Below, piece after piece: positions 50,647 to 60,200 of a stretch of DNA of 64,000 nucleotides. This stretch comes from Bacteroidetes bacterium UBA6161 (GTDB lineage: Bacteria > Bacteroidota > Bacteroidia > NS11-12g > UBA955). The notes beneath the pieces are model-generated. The model did no database searches, had not been told where the DNA came from, and saw only the letters and a list, made by a program, of their open reading frames with translations. Location: assembly GCA_002422315.1 (NCBI GenBank), contig DIUJ01000068.1:30882-94881 (forward strand), written 5' to 3'. Both the position numbers and the translations under genes were made by a program. The number at the start of each line of letters is the position of its first letter. Positions within the stretch are counted from its first letter, which is position 1.

Positions 50647-51732
50647 ATGATAGACTTCAACTTTCTTTTAGTTAATAGATTGATTATTCATACAATTAAT
50701 GCTAAACAAGATGGACAAGATAGTGCTAGTGTAGACGCTTCAAATGAAATTTCTGAAATAGACCATTATGTTTTAGAAATTATCAGAAACCGTCTCATTG
50801 ATGCCGCTGGTCGTAATTCAAAAGCGTTTGAACTTGAAATAGAAAATTCAAATTCGGACTCGTTTTTTGAACTATCAAGCGAAATGTCTGAACTTGACGA
50901 AACTGCATTTATTCAACGTACAACAGAAATTGCTGAACTTTTGGCAGACAGTCAAAGAAGAGTATCAATTCCTGGAGGCTATCTTCTGATTTTGGATTGC
51001 TTAGATAATGAAAGCAACCTTCCTATAATCATTGTTATTAAAGCAGAACCACACGAAGCATTACAATTTTCAATAAATGGTGGACATACTCAAGTGAGTG
51101 TTTTACATAAAGTTTTTCTTTCACCTTCTCAAAAACTTTACAAGATTGGTATCATTTACAAAAAAACTGAAGAAGAAACAGAGAACGTAAATGAACAATT
51201 CGGTTGTTTCTTATATGACGATCAGTTTAGGACAGATACTCATCCTGCCGAATATTTTTATAAAGACTTCTTAGGTTTTACAGTAGGGAATAATGCAAAA
51301 ATTCAATCTCAAAGATTTTATGATAAGACCAAAAGCTTCATTTTGAAAAATGTACAAGACTTAGAAACAAAAACACATTTGGTCTCAGCATTAAAAAATG
51401 AGTTTTCAATTAACCAAAATGACACAGTCGATCCAATTAATTTTGCGAATACTTACATTCCAACAGAAAATGGTTTGAGAGATACCTATATTGGTGACGT
51501 TTGTCATGAACTTCCACTTGCTATTGTTAAAGACGATAGCTTAATAAAAATAAAATTAGCTAAACGAAAAATAGATTTTCCAAGCAATATTAATCTAACA
51601 GGACCAGAAGAAGGCTTTGACAATAGAGTGGAAATTATAAGTGATTTAGAAACTATTCAAAACCTTGAAGCTGACAATCCTAATTATACTATTGTAAAAA
51701 TATCAGGCAAGCCGTATTCTTCAAATGAATAA
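50647..51732 (+). CDS. hypothetical protein, possibly nucleoid-associated NdpA/YejK-like
   Basis: N-terminal 'LLVNRLIIHTI' pattern as in NdpA-family proteins. Overlaps the downstream gene by 8 nt. Confidence 0.3.
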   Translation: MIDFNFLLVNRLIIHTINAKQDGQDSASVDASNEISEIDHYVLEIIRNRLIDAAGRNSKAFELEIENSNSDSFFELSSEMSELDETAFIQRTTEIAELLADSQRRVSIPGGYLLILDCLDNESNLPIIIVIKAEPHEALQFSINGGHTQVSVLHKVFLSPSQKLYKIGIIYKKTEEETENVNEQFGCFLYDDQFRTDTHPAEYFYKDFLGFTVGNNAKIQSQRFYDKTKSFILKNVQDLETKTHLVSALKNEFSINQNDTVDPINFANTYIPTENGLRDTYIGDVCHELPLAIVKDDSLIKIKLAKRKIDFPSNINLTGPEEGFDNRVEIISDLETIQNLEADNPNYTIVKISGKPYSSNE

Positions 51733-52708
51733 CAAGGAACAAGAAATATTAGAGCAGTTCAACTCAATTAAACCACATTTGAAAATTTGGGGCGAAATTG
51801 TAGATACCTATCTTGTAAATAAACTCTTGCAAGATATGATAGAAGAGCACCTAATTAAGATTTATCCCTGCTTTAGGATTAAAGATGATAAGTCTTATCT
51901 ATTTAAAGCCTTATACAGGAAAAAGAACTATCGAAATCCTATAGAAAATATTGAAGACAAAATAGGAACAAGGATAGTAGTTTTGAAATCTGACGATATA
52001 AAAATTGTTCAACAAAAAATTCTAGAAGCAAATTTTTGGGTATCAAAACTCACTAAGAATATAGACCAAGAAATAGAAGACAAGCCAAATATATTTGATT
52101 ACCAATCTTCACACATTATTGTTAAACCATTGGGTAAAGATGAAAATTTCCCAAATGAAGTAATCAACTCATTAACCTGTGAAATCCAAATTAGGACACT
52201 ATTGCAACATGCATTTGCAGAAGTGAGCCATGATAGCACATATAAAGGCCCTTATAAGAATGACAAAGAAATACTTCGCAAATTAGCAAAAGCAATGGCT
52301 CTAATGGAAGCCACTGACGATTATTTTTGTAATATTTTTAAAATGATGTCAGATGAGAAAAGGCATTATGCACTTTATTTAAAGGAGTTGATTAACTTGT
52401 TTAGACAATTTAAAGAAGATTTTGACAATGATGAACTAAACTTATTCATAACTGACAGCATTTTTGACCTATTGGAATGTGAAAATATTTCAATTCAAGA
52501 ATTGGAAGTTTTCACTGCAAAGCACTATTCAGACCTGGTAAAATATATTCAGCCACAAAACGGACTATTATTTCAGCAGCCAACAATCATTTTGATACTG
52601 TATTATTTTTATAATAAGAGGACGTTTTTAAAGGATAATTGGACTCTTGATACAGAAGCTTTAAAAAGAATTTATCAAGTCACTACTACTTCATTTAATT
52701 CATATTAA
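51725..52708 (+). CDS. RelA/SpoT-domain nucleotidyltransferase (small alarmone synthetase-like)
   Basis: 'GTRIVVLKSDDI' (G-x-R motif) and 'SHIIVKP...CEIQIRTLLQHAFAEVSHDSTYK', which is the (p)ppGpp-synthetase 'EIQIRT...WAE..H...YK' signature. Confidence 0.65.
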   Translation: MNNKEQEILEQFNSIKPHLKIWGEIVDTYLVNKLLQDMIEEHLIKIYPCFRIKDDKSYLFKALYRKKNYRNPIENIEDKIGTRIVVLKSDDIKIVQQKILEANFWVSKLTKNIDQEIEDKPNIFDYQSSHIIVKPLGKDENFPNEVINSLTCEIQIRTLLQHAFAEVSHDSTYKGPYKNDKEILRKLAKAMALMEATDDYFCNIFKMMSDEKRHYALYLKELINLFRQFKEDFDNDELNLFITDSIFDLLECENISIQELEVFTAKHYSDLVKYIQPQNGLLFQQPTIILILYYFYNKRTFLKDNWTLDTEALKRIYQVTTTSFNSY

Positions 52709-52927
52709 AACATACTTGGTTTTGCTTTTAAAGCAGGGATTGTATAAAATGCCCTTTTTTGTTGAACTAAATTTAATTAAAGTTATTTCTAATTCGGCCA
52801 TTAAGTGATATGATTACTTTTTTAAAACTATATTTTAACTTGGGTTTTAAATTTTAGAAATTACTATTGAAATCAAATCAACTTAATTTGCTTTGCCAAA
52901 AAAAAGTATTTTTTTTGTTAATTATCT

Positions 52928-53206
52928 TCACGGCTCCCCAATAAACCTTACCACCAACCTAACCTGTTCTGGAGTGAGGGTACGCAGACCTTTTTTAAAT
53001 CCTGTTTCTAGGAGTTCGCAGTGTAAGGCTTCATTTCGTTCTATCCAGGCTCGAAGGCGAGCAGAAGCACTTTTGCTACTTATGTTGGGCATGTAGAGTT
53101 GAGCGAGCTCTCCAAACCCATAAGTCCTAATTCTGAATTCCCCATCATTCATGCAGCAAAAGTAGAAAATACAAATTCTCAGTGTTAGTGCATAGTTCGG
53201 AAGCAA
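52928..53206 (-). CDS. DUF4248-domain protein
   Basis: 'FRIRTYGFGELAQLYMP...ARLRAWI...TPEQVRLVVRFIGEP' matches the Bacteroidetes DUF4248 pattern. Confidence 0.6.
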   Translation of the reverse strand: MLPNYALTLRICIFYFCCMNDGEFRIRTYGFGELAQLYMPNISSKSASARLRAWIERNEALHCELLETGFKKGLRTLTPEQVRLVVRFIGEP

Positions 53207-53247
53207 TTTGGAATTTTTTGCCCACTATTCAAATCATATCTCTATAA

Positions 53248-53293
53248 AGGGCAATGGGCAATCCTATATATATATAGGATTGCCCATTGCCCT
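53248..53293. promoter_or_regulatory. 46-bp perfect palindrome with AT-rich centre plus direct ATTGCCC heptamer iterons
   Basis: 'agggcaatgggcaatcctatata|tatataggattgcccattgccct'. Further 'attgccc' copies at 53317 and 53376. Confidence 0.5.
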
Positions 53294-53381
53294 AGAGGGG
53301 TGATTATGAAAATAAAATTGCCCTAAAACCTATATTTATCAATACTTTAAGACAATAAATTTCCATGCAAAATGCATTGCC

Positions 53382-53885
53382 CTACAAAAGGGTCAATTTA
53401 TCCCATTTTTTAACCCAAATAAACTTGCCATTTAATTTAGATTTTTCCAAAATTTCTGCGTTTTTAATTCCATAAGCAATCAAAACAGAAGGAGCTCCTG
53501 CACTGTCACCTTGGGTGCCGTTACTATGGTAAAACCGTATTCTGCCTTTTAAAAACAAAACCGCATCTGCTTTACTCCATACCTGTTCAAAAAACATCTT
53601 GGTTTCTGTTCTAGCAAAGGTAAGAGCAATGCAATTGCCATGGGCTACACACTTATCTAACCATAGGTTTGTTTCATTGCCATAAGGAGGATTGCACCAA
53701 ACCCTGCCAGTCCAGGGTTTGGTTAATCCATTGTCTAAAAGTGTAAAGTGTTTGGTGGCTGTATCCCAGGGACGCTTTACAGGACTACATGGGTCTAAGT
53801 CAAATTTACCCAATGCACGTATTAATTCCGGAGGGGTTAGCCACTCATCTTTACCTGTTTTATTCCTTTCAAACGAAGTATCCAT
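53382..53885 (-). CDS. phage-type DNA N6-adenine methyltransferase (Dam, T4-Dam-like family)
   Basis: 'DEWLTPPELIRALGKFDLDPCS' and 'CNPPYG' are characteristic of the phage Dam family. Confidence 0.7.
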   Translation of the reverse strand: MDTSFERNKTGKDEWLTPPELIRALGKFDLDPCSPVKRPWDTATKHFTLLDNGLTKPWTGRVWCNPPYGNETNLWLDKCVAHGNCIALTFARTETKMFFEQVWSKADAVLFLKGRIRFYHSNGTQGDSAGAPSVLIAYGIKNAEILEKSKLNGKFIWVKKWDKLTLL

Positions 53886-53895
53886 AATTCTCTTC

Positions 53896-55131
53896 TTATT
53901 TGGCCATTTCCATTTTCGTTCTTAAAGACATTCCCATCATTTCCTGGGCTATTTTCTTATCTACAATTCGCGCGTAATGCTGTGTACTTTTAATGTTCGA
54001 GTGTCCAAGCATACGACTAACAGATTCTATGGAAACCCCATTTTGAAGGGTTACAGTTGTTGCGAAAGTATGCCTGGCTACGTGGTAAGTAAGCTTTTTT
54101 TCTATTTGGCAGAGATCCGCAATTTCTTTCAGATAGGCATTTAGTTTCTGATTGCTCAATACAGGCAACACTTTGTCATTTGCCCTTAATTGTGAAATAT
54201 CTGCGTACTTATCAATGATCCGTTTGGCAATATCTAACAGAGGAATTTGGCTTCGCTGTTTGGTTTTTTGTCTTCGGGTTTTAATCCACCACATACCATC
54301 TGGTGTACGTTCTAGCTCTGCTTTGGTAAGTTTTGCTACATCCGCATAAGCGAGCCCTGTATAGCAGGAAAATAGAAACAAGTCACATACATGTTCAAGC
54401 CTTTGGAAATCGAATTTCTTGCTTACCAAACGCTGTAATTCTTCATCGTCTAGGTAAGGCCGGTCTGTTTCCTTTAAGGTGAGTTTAAAGCCATCGAAGG
54501 GGTCGTTTTTTATCCAATTTGAACGTATAGCTCGCATGGTGATTTTTTTGAGGAATTGCAGAAATTTAATAGAGGTATTGTAGGTGCAATCTTTTTCAGC
54601 CATAATATACTGGTGAAACTCACGAATCACATTGTACTTAACGGATGCAATAGGCATATCTTCCATTCGATAGTAGGATTTTAGGAAGGCATGGAAATGA
54701 TTTCGGGTAGTGTTGTGTTTTTGCCACAAGGTGTAGGAGCATTGTTTTCCAATGGTCTTTTTCAGTTCTGTGTTGTGTTCATCCCAAATAGCCAGGATAG
54801 TGCGAGCTTCACCATTGTGAATGCCGAACATGTAGTCTCGAATCATGGCAGCAGTAATGTGGTCTGTGTCGCGTGTAAGTTCTGTAAATGCAGCATAGGC
54901 CTTGGAACGTAAGGTTTCAATGAATAGGGTAATTTCCCTTGTGTATTCATCTTTGTTGTACGGAGTTCCGCGACTTTGGTTCCAATCTTCAGGGTTTACA
55001 CGCCTTCGGATAAAGGTAGCCACTTGGCTTCCATTAATGGTGATACGGAGCATGATAGGAGCTCCTTCATTGTTGGTTTTAGCTCTGTTGAGGTAAAACA
55101 TGAGGTTGAAAGTGTTTTTTCTTGACGACAT
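53896..55131 (-). CDS. tyrosine-type site-specific integrase (Bacteroidetes phage integrase with Arm-binding N-terminus)
   Basis: C-terminal 'HVARHTFATT...MLGHSNIKSTQHYARI' (R-H-R-Y catalytic set). N-terminal 'FYLNRAKTNNEGAPIMLRITING' arm-binding domain. Confidence 0.85.
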   Translation of the reverse strand: MSSRKNTFNLMFYLNRAKTNNEGAPIMLRITINGSQVATFIRRRVNPEDWNQSRGTPYNKDEYTREITLFIETLRSKAYAAFTELTRDTDHITAAMIRDYMFGIHNGEARTILAIWDEHNTELKKTIGKQCSYTLWQKHNTTRNHFHAFLKSYYRMEDMPIASVKYNVIREFHQYIMAEKDCTYNTSIKFLQFLKKITMRAIRSNWIKNDPFDGFKLTLKETDRPYLDDEELQRLVSKKFDFQRLEHVCDLFLFSCYTGLAYADVAKLTKAELERTPDGMWWIKTRRQKTKQRSQIPLLDIAKRIIDKYADISQLRANDKVLPVLSNQKLNAYLKEIADLCQIEKKLTYHVARHTFATTVTLQNGVSIESVSRMLGHSNIKSTQHYARIVDKKIAQEMMGMSLRTKMEMAK

Positions 55132-55454
55132 AAAAATTTAGTTTGTGTCTAGGTGTTTTTTGTCGTTAACCAAAAAGGGTAACGATTATTTACACTTTTG
55201 ACGGGTTGTCGTCCTCACTTCGCGATGCAAAGGTAAAAGTTAACAGTTACCTTTTGCTTTGCATAATGTTGCATATCAAGGCATTAAGTTGGAACCCTAA
55301 AAAATCGTTACCTCCGTTACCCCCAAAAAAAAGGGTAACGATTTGAATAATTTAAAGTGCCAAAACATGCATTTTTCTGCCAACCTTAGAAAACAAAAAA
55401 CCCTGTAAATGCCATGATTTACAGGGTTTTGCCAAGAACGTTCCTCTTGACATG

Positions 55455-55539
55455 CGGAGAGAGAGGGATTCGAACCCCCGGACCTGTAACAGTCAACGGT
55501 TTTCAAGACCGCCGCATTCGACCGCTCTGCCATCTCTCC
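55455..55539 (-). tRNA. tRNA-Ser (anticodon TGA)
   Basis: Reverse complement 'GGAGAGATGGCAGAGCGGTCGAATGCGGCGGTCTTGAAAACCGTTGACTGTTACAGGTCCGGGGGTTCGAATCCCTCTCTCTCC'. 7-bp acceptor stem, anticodon loop CTTGAAA, long variable arm, and T-loop TTCGAAT. Confidence 0.85.
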
Positions 55540-55605
55540 AGTTCTTCTTTGGCCGCTTGGCCTCAAAAGGAGTGCAAAAATAGAAAAATTATTTTGAAGT
55601 GCAAA

Positions 55606-56568
55606 TTAATTTTCAAAAGTATTTTGTTTTTTTACATGCTTGCTTTTTTCGTTGGCTACCTTGTTTATGCTGTGGTTTAATTCAAAGCCTATTAGTATAG
55701 AATATACGTTTACATAGATCAACAACATCATGGCTATAATTGCGCCTATAGAACCATATACCTTGTTGTAAAGGTTAAAGTGGTTTACATAGGAGGTGAA
55801 AGCGTAGGTGGAGATAAGCGATAGGGTAGTGGCAACTATACTCCCTGGGCTTATCAATCGCCACTTGCTTATGCTCGAAGGCGCATAGTGGTATATAAAC
55901 GATATGGTATAAAATACCAGAGAGGTAAGGGTTAGTGTTTCTATTATAAACAAGCCCGCATTTACCAAACTTTCGTTCATGCCCCACTTGGATAGGTTTG
56001 CAGAGATATAACCGCCTATAATGAGTACTACAATAGATAGCAGAAGCAAGAGGGTAACCAACAGTGTAATAAAGATAGAGGTTATTCTTTTTTGTAAAAA
56101 ATTGCGTTTTTTCTTGATTTCTGTCTCCAATGAACTGTCAAAAGCGCTCATCATATTGTGTACCCCATTGGAAGCAAAATAAAGTGCCGATATAAAACCC
56201 ACACTTAATAGGCCACTTCTTTGGTTTTTTACTATATCTGTAATGGAGTCATTTATGGTAGAAAAGGAACTCTGTGGCAAGAAAAAATTTAAGGTTTCTA
56301 AGATACCCTCTTTTAGATTAGGAATGGGTATATAAGCAACCAGTGTAAATAGAAAGATGATAGCAGGAAATAAGGCCAGGAAAAAATTAAAGGACAATGC
56401 CCCTGCATACAAATTAAAAATTGGTTTGCGTGCATAAGAAAAAAACAAAGACAATATTTCATAAAGCGATGCACCATGAAAGCCAGGAGGGAAAATACCA
56501 CTCATGAAATTGGCGACAATTTTCTTTATATTTTTGAATATGACACGAAAGATGTTTTTTTGAGGCAT
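55606..56568 (-). CDS. YihY/BrkB-family membrane protein
   Basis: 'LYAGALSFNFFLALFPAIIFLFTL' and several TM helices. Confidence 0.7.
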   Translation of the reverse strand: MPQKNIFRVIFKNIKKIVANFMSGIFPPGFHGASLYEILSLFFSYARKPIFNLYAGALSFNFFLALFPAIIFLFTLVAYIPIPNLKEGILETLNFFLPQSSFSTINDSITDIVKNQRSGLLSVGFISALYFASNGVHNMMSAFDSSLETEIKKKRNFLQKRITSIFITLLVTLLLLLSIVVLIIGGYISANLSKWGMNESLVNAGLFIIETLTLTSLVFYTISFIYHYAPSSISKWRLISPGSIVATTLSLISTYAFTSYVNHFNLYNKVYGSIGAIIAMMLLIYVNVYSILIGFELNHSINKVANEKSKHVKKQNTFEN

Positions 56569-56572
56569 AGTT

Positions 56573-57358
56573 TTAAAATCTAAGAATGAAGTTTTCTTTT
56601 TCTTGTTCTTTCCTTACAAAAAGTATACCGACCATAAAAAGATCGATACTTACATGAAAACGAGAGTCTTTTTCTAGTATATGCCAAGCTTCTTCCATCT
56701 CACCACTCCATCTTATATCGTCTAAAATTAGGATGCTATGGTTATGGCATTTTTGCCAAATTAGGTCAACATAGTGCAGGGTAGCATCTTTCCTGTGGTT
56801 GCCGTCTATAAATGCATAATCAACTCGGGGTAATTGAGAAAGCAGTAGGGGTAGACTTTGGTCAAAATTTCCTTCTATGCTAGTTATTTTCTCTTGTAGT
56901 CCGGTTTTTTCAAAGTTGTAGTTGGCTATTTCTAAGAGCTTAGGGTTTCCCTCTAAGGTGTATAGGTGACCATTTTGTAATCCACTTGCTTGGTACATGG
57001 CGCTTATGCCTAAGTTGGTGCCTAGTTCTATGCAGTATTCTGGCGAATATGCTGCGCAAATTCTATGCAGAAGCTTGGCGTATTTGCTATTTTTGGCAGC
57101 CGAAGCCGCAATCTTTTGAACAGTACTTTGGTATGTTTTTTTTTCAACCGCCCCTAAGTCTAGCATATTTACTTTGGTTGGTGATTGCAACATTTTTTGC
57201 CTAATCAACTCAATATCATAAAATACAGGGTTCTCGTATTTTTGATACAGAACCCTGTCGGCAAATGCATATACAAAAGGGGAGTGGGTGCCATGCCTTG
57301 TTTTGGCAAGCAACAAATATTTTATATAGTCAAAAAGCAATGCAACCTTGTACAGCAT
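56573..57358 (-). CDS. class I SAM-dependent methyltransferase (O-methyltransferase-like)
   Basis: 'CIELGTNLGISA' motif I. 'LEGNPK...FAFIDGNH' resembles family-3 O-MTases. Confidence 0.55.
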   Translation of the reverse strand: MLYKVALLFDYIKYLLLAKTRHGTHSPFVYAFADRVLYQKYENPVFYDIELIRQKMLQSPTKVNMLDLGAVEKKTYQSTVQKIAASAAKNSKYAKLLHRICAAYSPEYCIELGTNLGISAMYQASGLQNGHLYTLEGNPKLLEIANYNFEKTGLQEKITSIEGNFDQSLPLLLSQLPRVDYAFIDGNHRKDATLHYVDLIWQKCHNHSILILDDIRWSGEMEEAWHILEKDSRFHVSIDLFMVGILFVRKEQEKENFILRF

Positions 57359-57366
57359 GCTCTTTT

Positions 57367-59226
57367 TTATTTTTTAACAGAACGAATAATGCGAAGTTCT
57401 TGTTCGTTTTTGTGTATTAATTCTTTGATTTTTTCGATCTTTTCTTCCATCTGAGATTTTAACTTGTCCGCATTTTTTGAGTTTGCAAAAAACTCAATGT
57501 TATTTTGCAGTGTAATTAACTCAGATTGTAAAGCCTTCATTTTATCTTGAACCTTTCTCTCTTCGCCTTGTAAAGCAAATTTTCCATTGCTTTTTTCTGC
57601 AAGCATTTCATAGTGTTCTTTGGCTCTGTTTTTCTTAAACTCTTCTGCAGAAAGCTTAAATTTATTTAAAATAGAATCGTTAATTTCATCGTAAGCTTTT
57701 CTGATTTTTTGGAATTTGCTAGAAGGCACAAAACCAATTTTTGACCATTCGCGCTGAAAATCCCTTAGTTTGCTTAATACAGATTCTCCATTTGCATCTG
57801 CTTCATTTAGAAGTTCTTGCATTTTGGCCAAAATTGCTTCTTTCAGTGTTAGGTTTTCTTTTTCTACCTCTTTTTGGGCGCTACGTTGAATGTCTCTGCG
57901 CTTAAAAAACTCATCGCATATGGCTCTAAATTTTGCCCAAATTTCGTTGGAGTACTTTTCAGGAACTGGGCCTATTGCTTTCCATTTTTCTTGCAGCTGA
58001 ATAAGTTCTATACTGCCTTTGTCCAAATCACTGCTTTGGGCAGATTTTTCTGCTTTTGCAATCAACTCCAATTTTTGCTTGTAATTGTTTTCTTTGTCGT
58101 GGCTTAGGTTGCCAAAAAACTCTTTTCTATTGGTATAAAAAGTGTTTTGCGCTTCTCTAAATCTTTTCCAAATTTGATCGCTTACAGACTCAGGAACAGG
58201 TCCTATGTTTTTCCATTCTGTAAAGATATCTTCAATTTCTTTGCCTTTGCTGTTCCATTCTTTAACCTTAGTATATGGAACCTCAGCTATTTGTTCTATT
58301 TTATCGCACAAAAGAGTTTTAAGGTCTAGGTTTTGCTTGCGCTGTTCCTTCATTTCCTCAATTTTCCTCTTGTTTTGTTCTATAACATTGTCGCTTGCAG
58401 TTTTAAAAGTATTCCAAATTTCTTCGCTAAACTCTTTGGGAACAGGTCCTATGTTTTTAAAGTCTTCGTGGTATTTGTTTAAAAGAATATGGGATTTTTT
58501 TATGGATTTTTCTTCTAGTAATTCGCCCACTTTTTTACACAATTCTATTTTAGACTCAAGGTTCTTCTGCCTGTCTAGGTCTTTTAATTCATTGAAAATA
58601 GAAAGATTGTCATAAAACTTATCTAACAAGAAACGATAGGTTTCCCATAGTTCTTGCATTTGTTCTTGTGGTATTCTTCTAATTTGTTTCCATTGTCTTT
58701 GAAGCTCTTTTAATTCATTCAGCGAACTTTCTTTTTCTTCAGATTCAGTAAGAACACGAATTTTTTCAAGAATTTCTTTCTTAGCTTTTAAATTTTTAAT
58801 TTTTTCTAATTCAGCTTGTTCTTTTTCTTTGGCTCTTCTTTCCAAAAACTTAGTGTAAGCAGCATAAAAATCATTTTTTAAAGGGTCTATACTAGGTTTA
58901 AAATTCCTAGGTTCGTTGCCTTGTGCTACAAATTCTTGTAAATTTCTTTCCCTATCTTTTTTTATGATTTCATCGAAAAGCAAACGCATTTTCTTATACG
59001 ATTCATTAGCCTCCGAAATATTTGGGTGGAAAATTAAATCGTTGGCTTTTTTAACGAAATCTTCTTTTGTGAACATAGAATAGTCTGTTCTGTCTGTGTG
59101 CATTTCAGAATCTTCCATTTCTAAAGTTTCATCTTCGTCTTGATGGTTTCCCGCTTGTTCCAAAGCATCAATTTTGATACTTTCCTCTTCTTCCGGGTTC
59201 TCGGGGGTAAATTTGTTAGAAGTCAT
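57367..59226 (-). CDS. DUF349-repeat protein
   Basis: Repeated 'EIW..F...D.FF' units ('QIWKRFREAQNTFY', 'EIWAKFRAICDEFF'). Start placed at internal 'MTSNKF' to avoid overlapping the divergent gene. Confidence 0.6.
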   Translation of the reverse strand: MTSNKFTPENPEEEESIKIDALEQAGNHQDEDETLEMEDSEMHTDRTDYSMFTKEDFVKKANDLIFHPNISEANESYKKMRLLFDEIIKKDRERNLQEFVAQGNEPRNFKPSIDPLKNDFYAAYTKFLERRAKEKEQAELEKIKNLKAKKEILEKIRVLTESEEKESSLNELKELQRQWKQIRRIPQEQMQELWETYRFLLDKFYDNLSIFNELKDLDRQKNLESKIELCKKVGELLEEKSIKKSHILLNKYHEDFKNIGPVPKEFSEEIWNTFKTASDNVIEQNKRKIEEMKEQRKQNLDLKTLLCDKIEQIAEVPYTKVKEWNSKGKEIEDIFTEWKNIGPVPESVSDQIWKRFREAQNTFYTNRKEFFGNLSHDKENNYKQKLELIAKAEKSAQSSDLDKGSIELIQLQEKWKAIGPVPEKYSNEIWAKFRAICDEFFKRRDIQRSAQKEVEKENLTLKEAILAKMQELLNEADANGESVLSKLRDFQREWSKIGFVPSSKFQKIRKAYDEINDSILNKFKLSAEEFKKNRAKEHYEMLAEKSNGKFALQGEERKVQDKMKALQSELITLQNNIEFFANSKNADKLKSQMEEKIEKIKELIHKNEQELRIIRSVKK

Positions 59227-59299
59227 TTCTATTAATAAGCTTTTTAAAAGGGTAGCAAAGATAAAAAAAACAACTATTTTTGGCAGCCTTTCTTTTAAT

Positions 59300-60148
59300 A
59301 TGTCAGTAAAAATAATTGAGTGCCCAAGAGATGCCATGCAAGGCTTGTCAAAGTTTGTTCAAACAGAGGATAAAATATTGTATATTAACAAGTTGATTGA
59401 TGTAGGTTTTGATTTTCTAGACTGTGTTAGTTTTGTTTCTCCCAAGTCTGTTCCTCAAATGAGAGACAGCAATAAGGTGATTACTCAATTGAATTCTTCT
59501 TCTAAAACGTCATTTATTGCCATAGTTGCCAACTTAAGAGGTGCTCAAAACGCAGTTTTATATCCAAATATTTCAGTAGTTGGCTTTCCTTTTTCGGTTT
59601 CTTCTCAGTTTCAATTAAGAAATACCAACAAATCCCAAGAGCAATCTGTTCAGGAGGTTATTGCCATTAAACAAGAATTGGATAAACACAACAAGGAAAT
59701 GGTTTTGTATTTGTCCATGTGTTTTGGAAATCCCTATAAAGAGGATTGGTCAATTTCTTTGGTTTTAGAATGGGTAAAGGTATTTGCTGATTTAGGAATT
59801 CGGGTTATTTCTCTGAGCGATACAGTAGGTATAGCAAAAAACAAGGATATTTTCGAAATATTTACCATTTTGCAAAAAGAATACCCTGCAATTGAATTTG
59901 GTGCCCATTTGCACACACGCCCCCACGACTGGGAGTTAAAACTAGAGGCTGCATATACCGCGGGTTGCAGGCGTTTTGATGGTGCAATGAATGGATTGGG
60001 TGGATGCCCTTTTGCAACAGATTCTCTTACGGGCAATTTGTCTACCGAAAATTTAATTCATTTTTTAAGCAAACAAGGAGTAAAATTGGATTTGAATATG
60101 GATGCTTTTGAAGAGGCAAGAATGATGGCCACTCGGATTTTGGGTTAG
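59300..60148 (+). CDS. HMG-CoA lyase-like (HMGL family) protein
   Basis: 'VKIIECPRDAMQGLSKF' N-terminal motif plus an aldolase/TIM-barrel region. Confidence 0.65.
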   Translation: MSVKIIECPRDAMQGLSKFVQTEDKILYINKLIDVGFDFLDCVSFVSPKSVPQMRDSNKVITQLNSSSKTSFIAIVANLRGAQNAVLYPNISVVGFPFSVSSQFQLRNTNKSQEQSVQEVIAIKQELDKHNKEMVLYLSMCFGNPYKEDWSISLVLEWVKVFADLGIRVISLSDTVGIAKNKDIFEIFTILQKEYPAIEFGAHLHTRPHDWELKLEAAYTAGCRRFDGAMNGLGGCPFATDSLTGNLSTENLIHFLSKQGVKLDLNMDAFEEARMMATRILG

Positions 60149-60200
60149 ACTTGAACCTTTATCTCTTTAATATCGTATTGATTATTAAAAACATGTGTGT

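Larger units (their letters stand above)
33087..55454. mobile_element. integrated virus-like/prophage-like element bounded on the right by tRNA-Ser and a tyrosine integrase
   Basis: Uninterrupted minus-strand block of short, overlapping genes (ATGA junctions). Includes a glucosaminidase lysin, a fibre-like repeat protein, a phage Dam, DUF4248 and an integrase next to the tRNA 3' end. The left boundary is not determined. Confidence 0.5.

Noticed and set aside
55297-55566. 89-aa ORF on the minus strand
   Set aside because: It overlaps the tRNA-Ser gene and its flanks. This is a spurious read-through ORF.
57367-59337. Full-length 656-aa DUF349 ORF starting at 59337
   Set aside because: That start would overlap the divergent HMGL-like gene start by ~38 nt. 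The internal Met (MTSNKF) is more plausible, so the annotation was trimmed to 59226.
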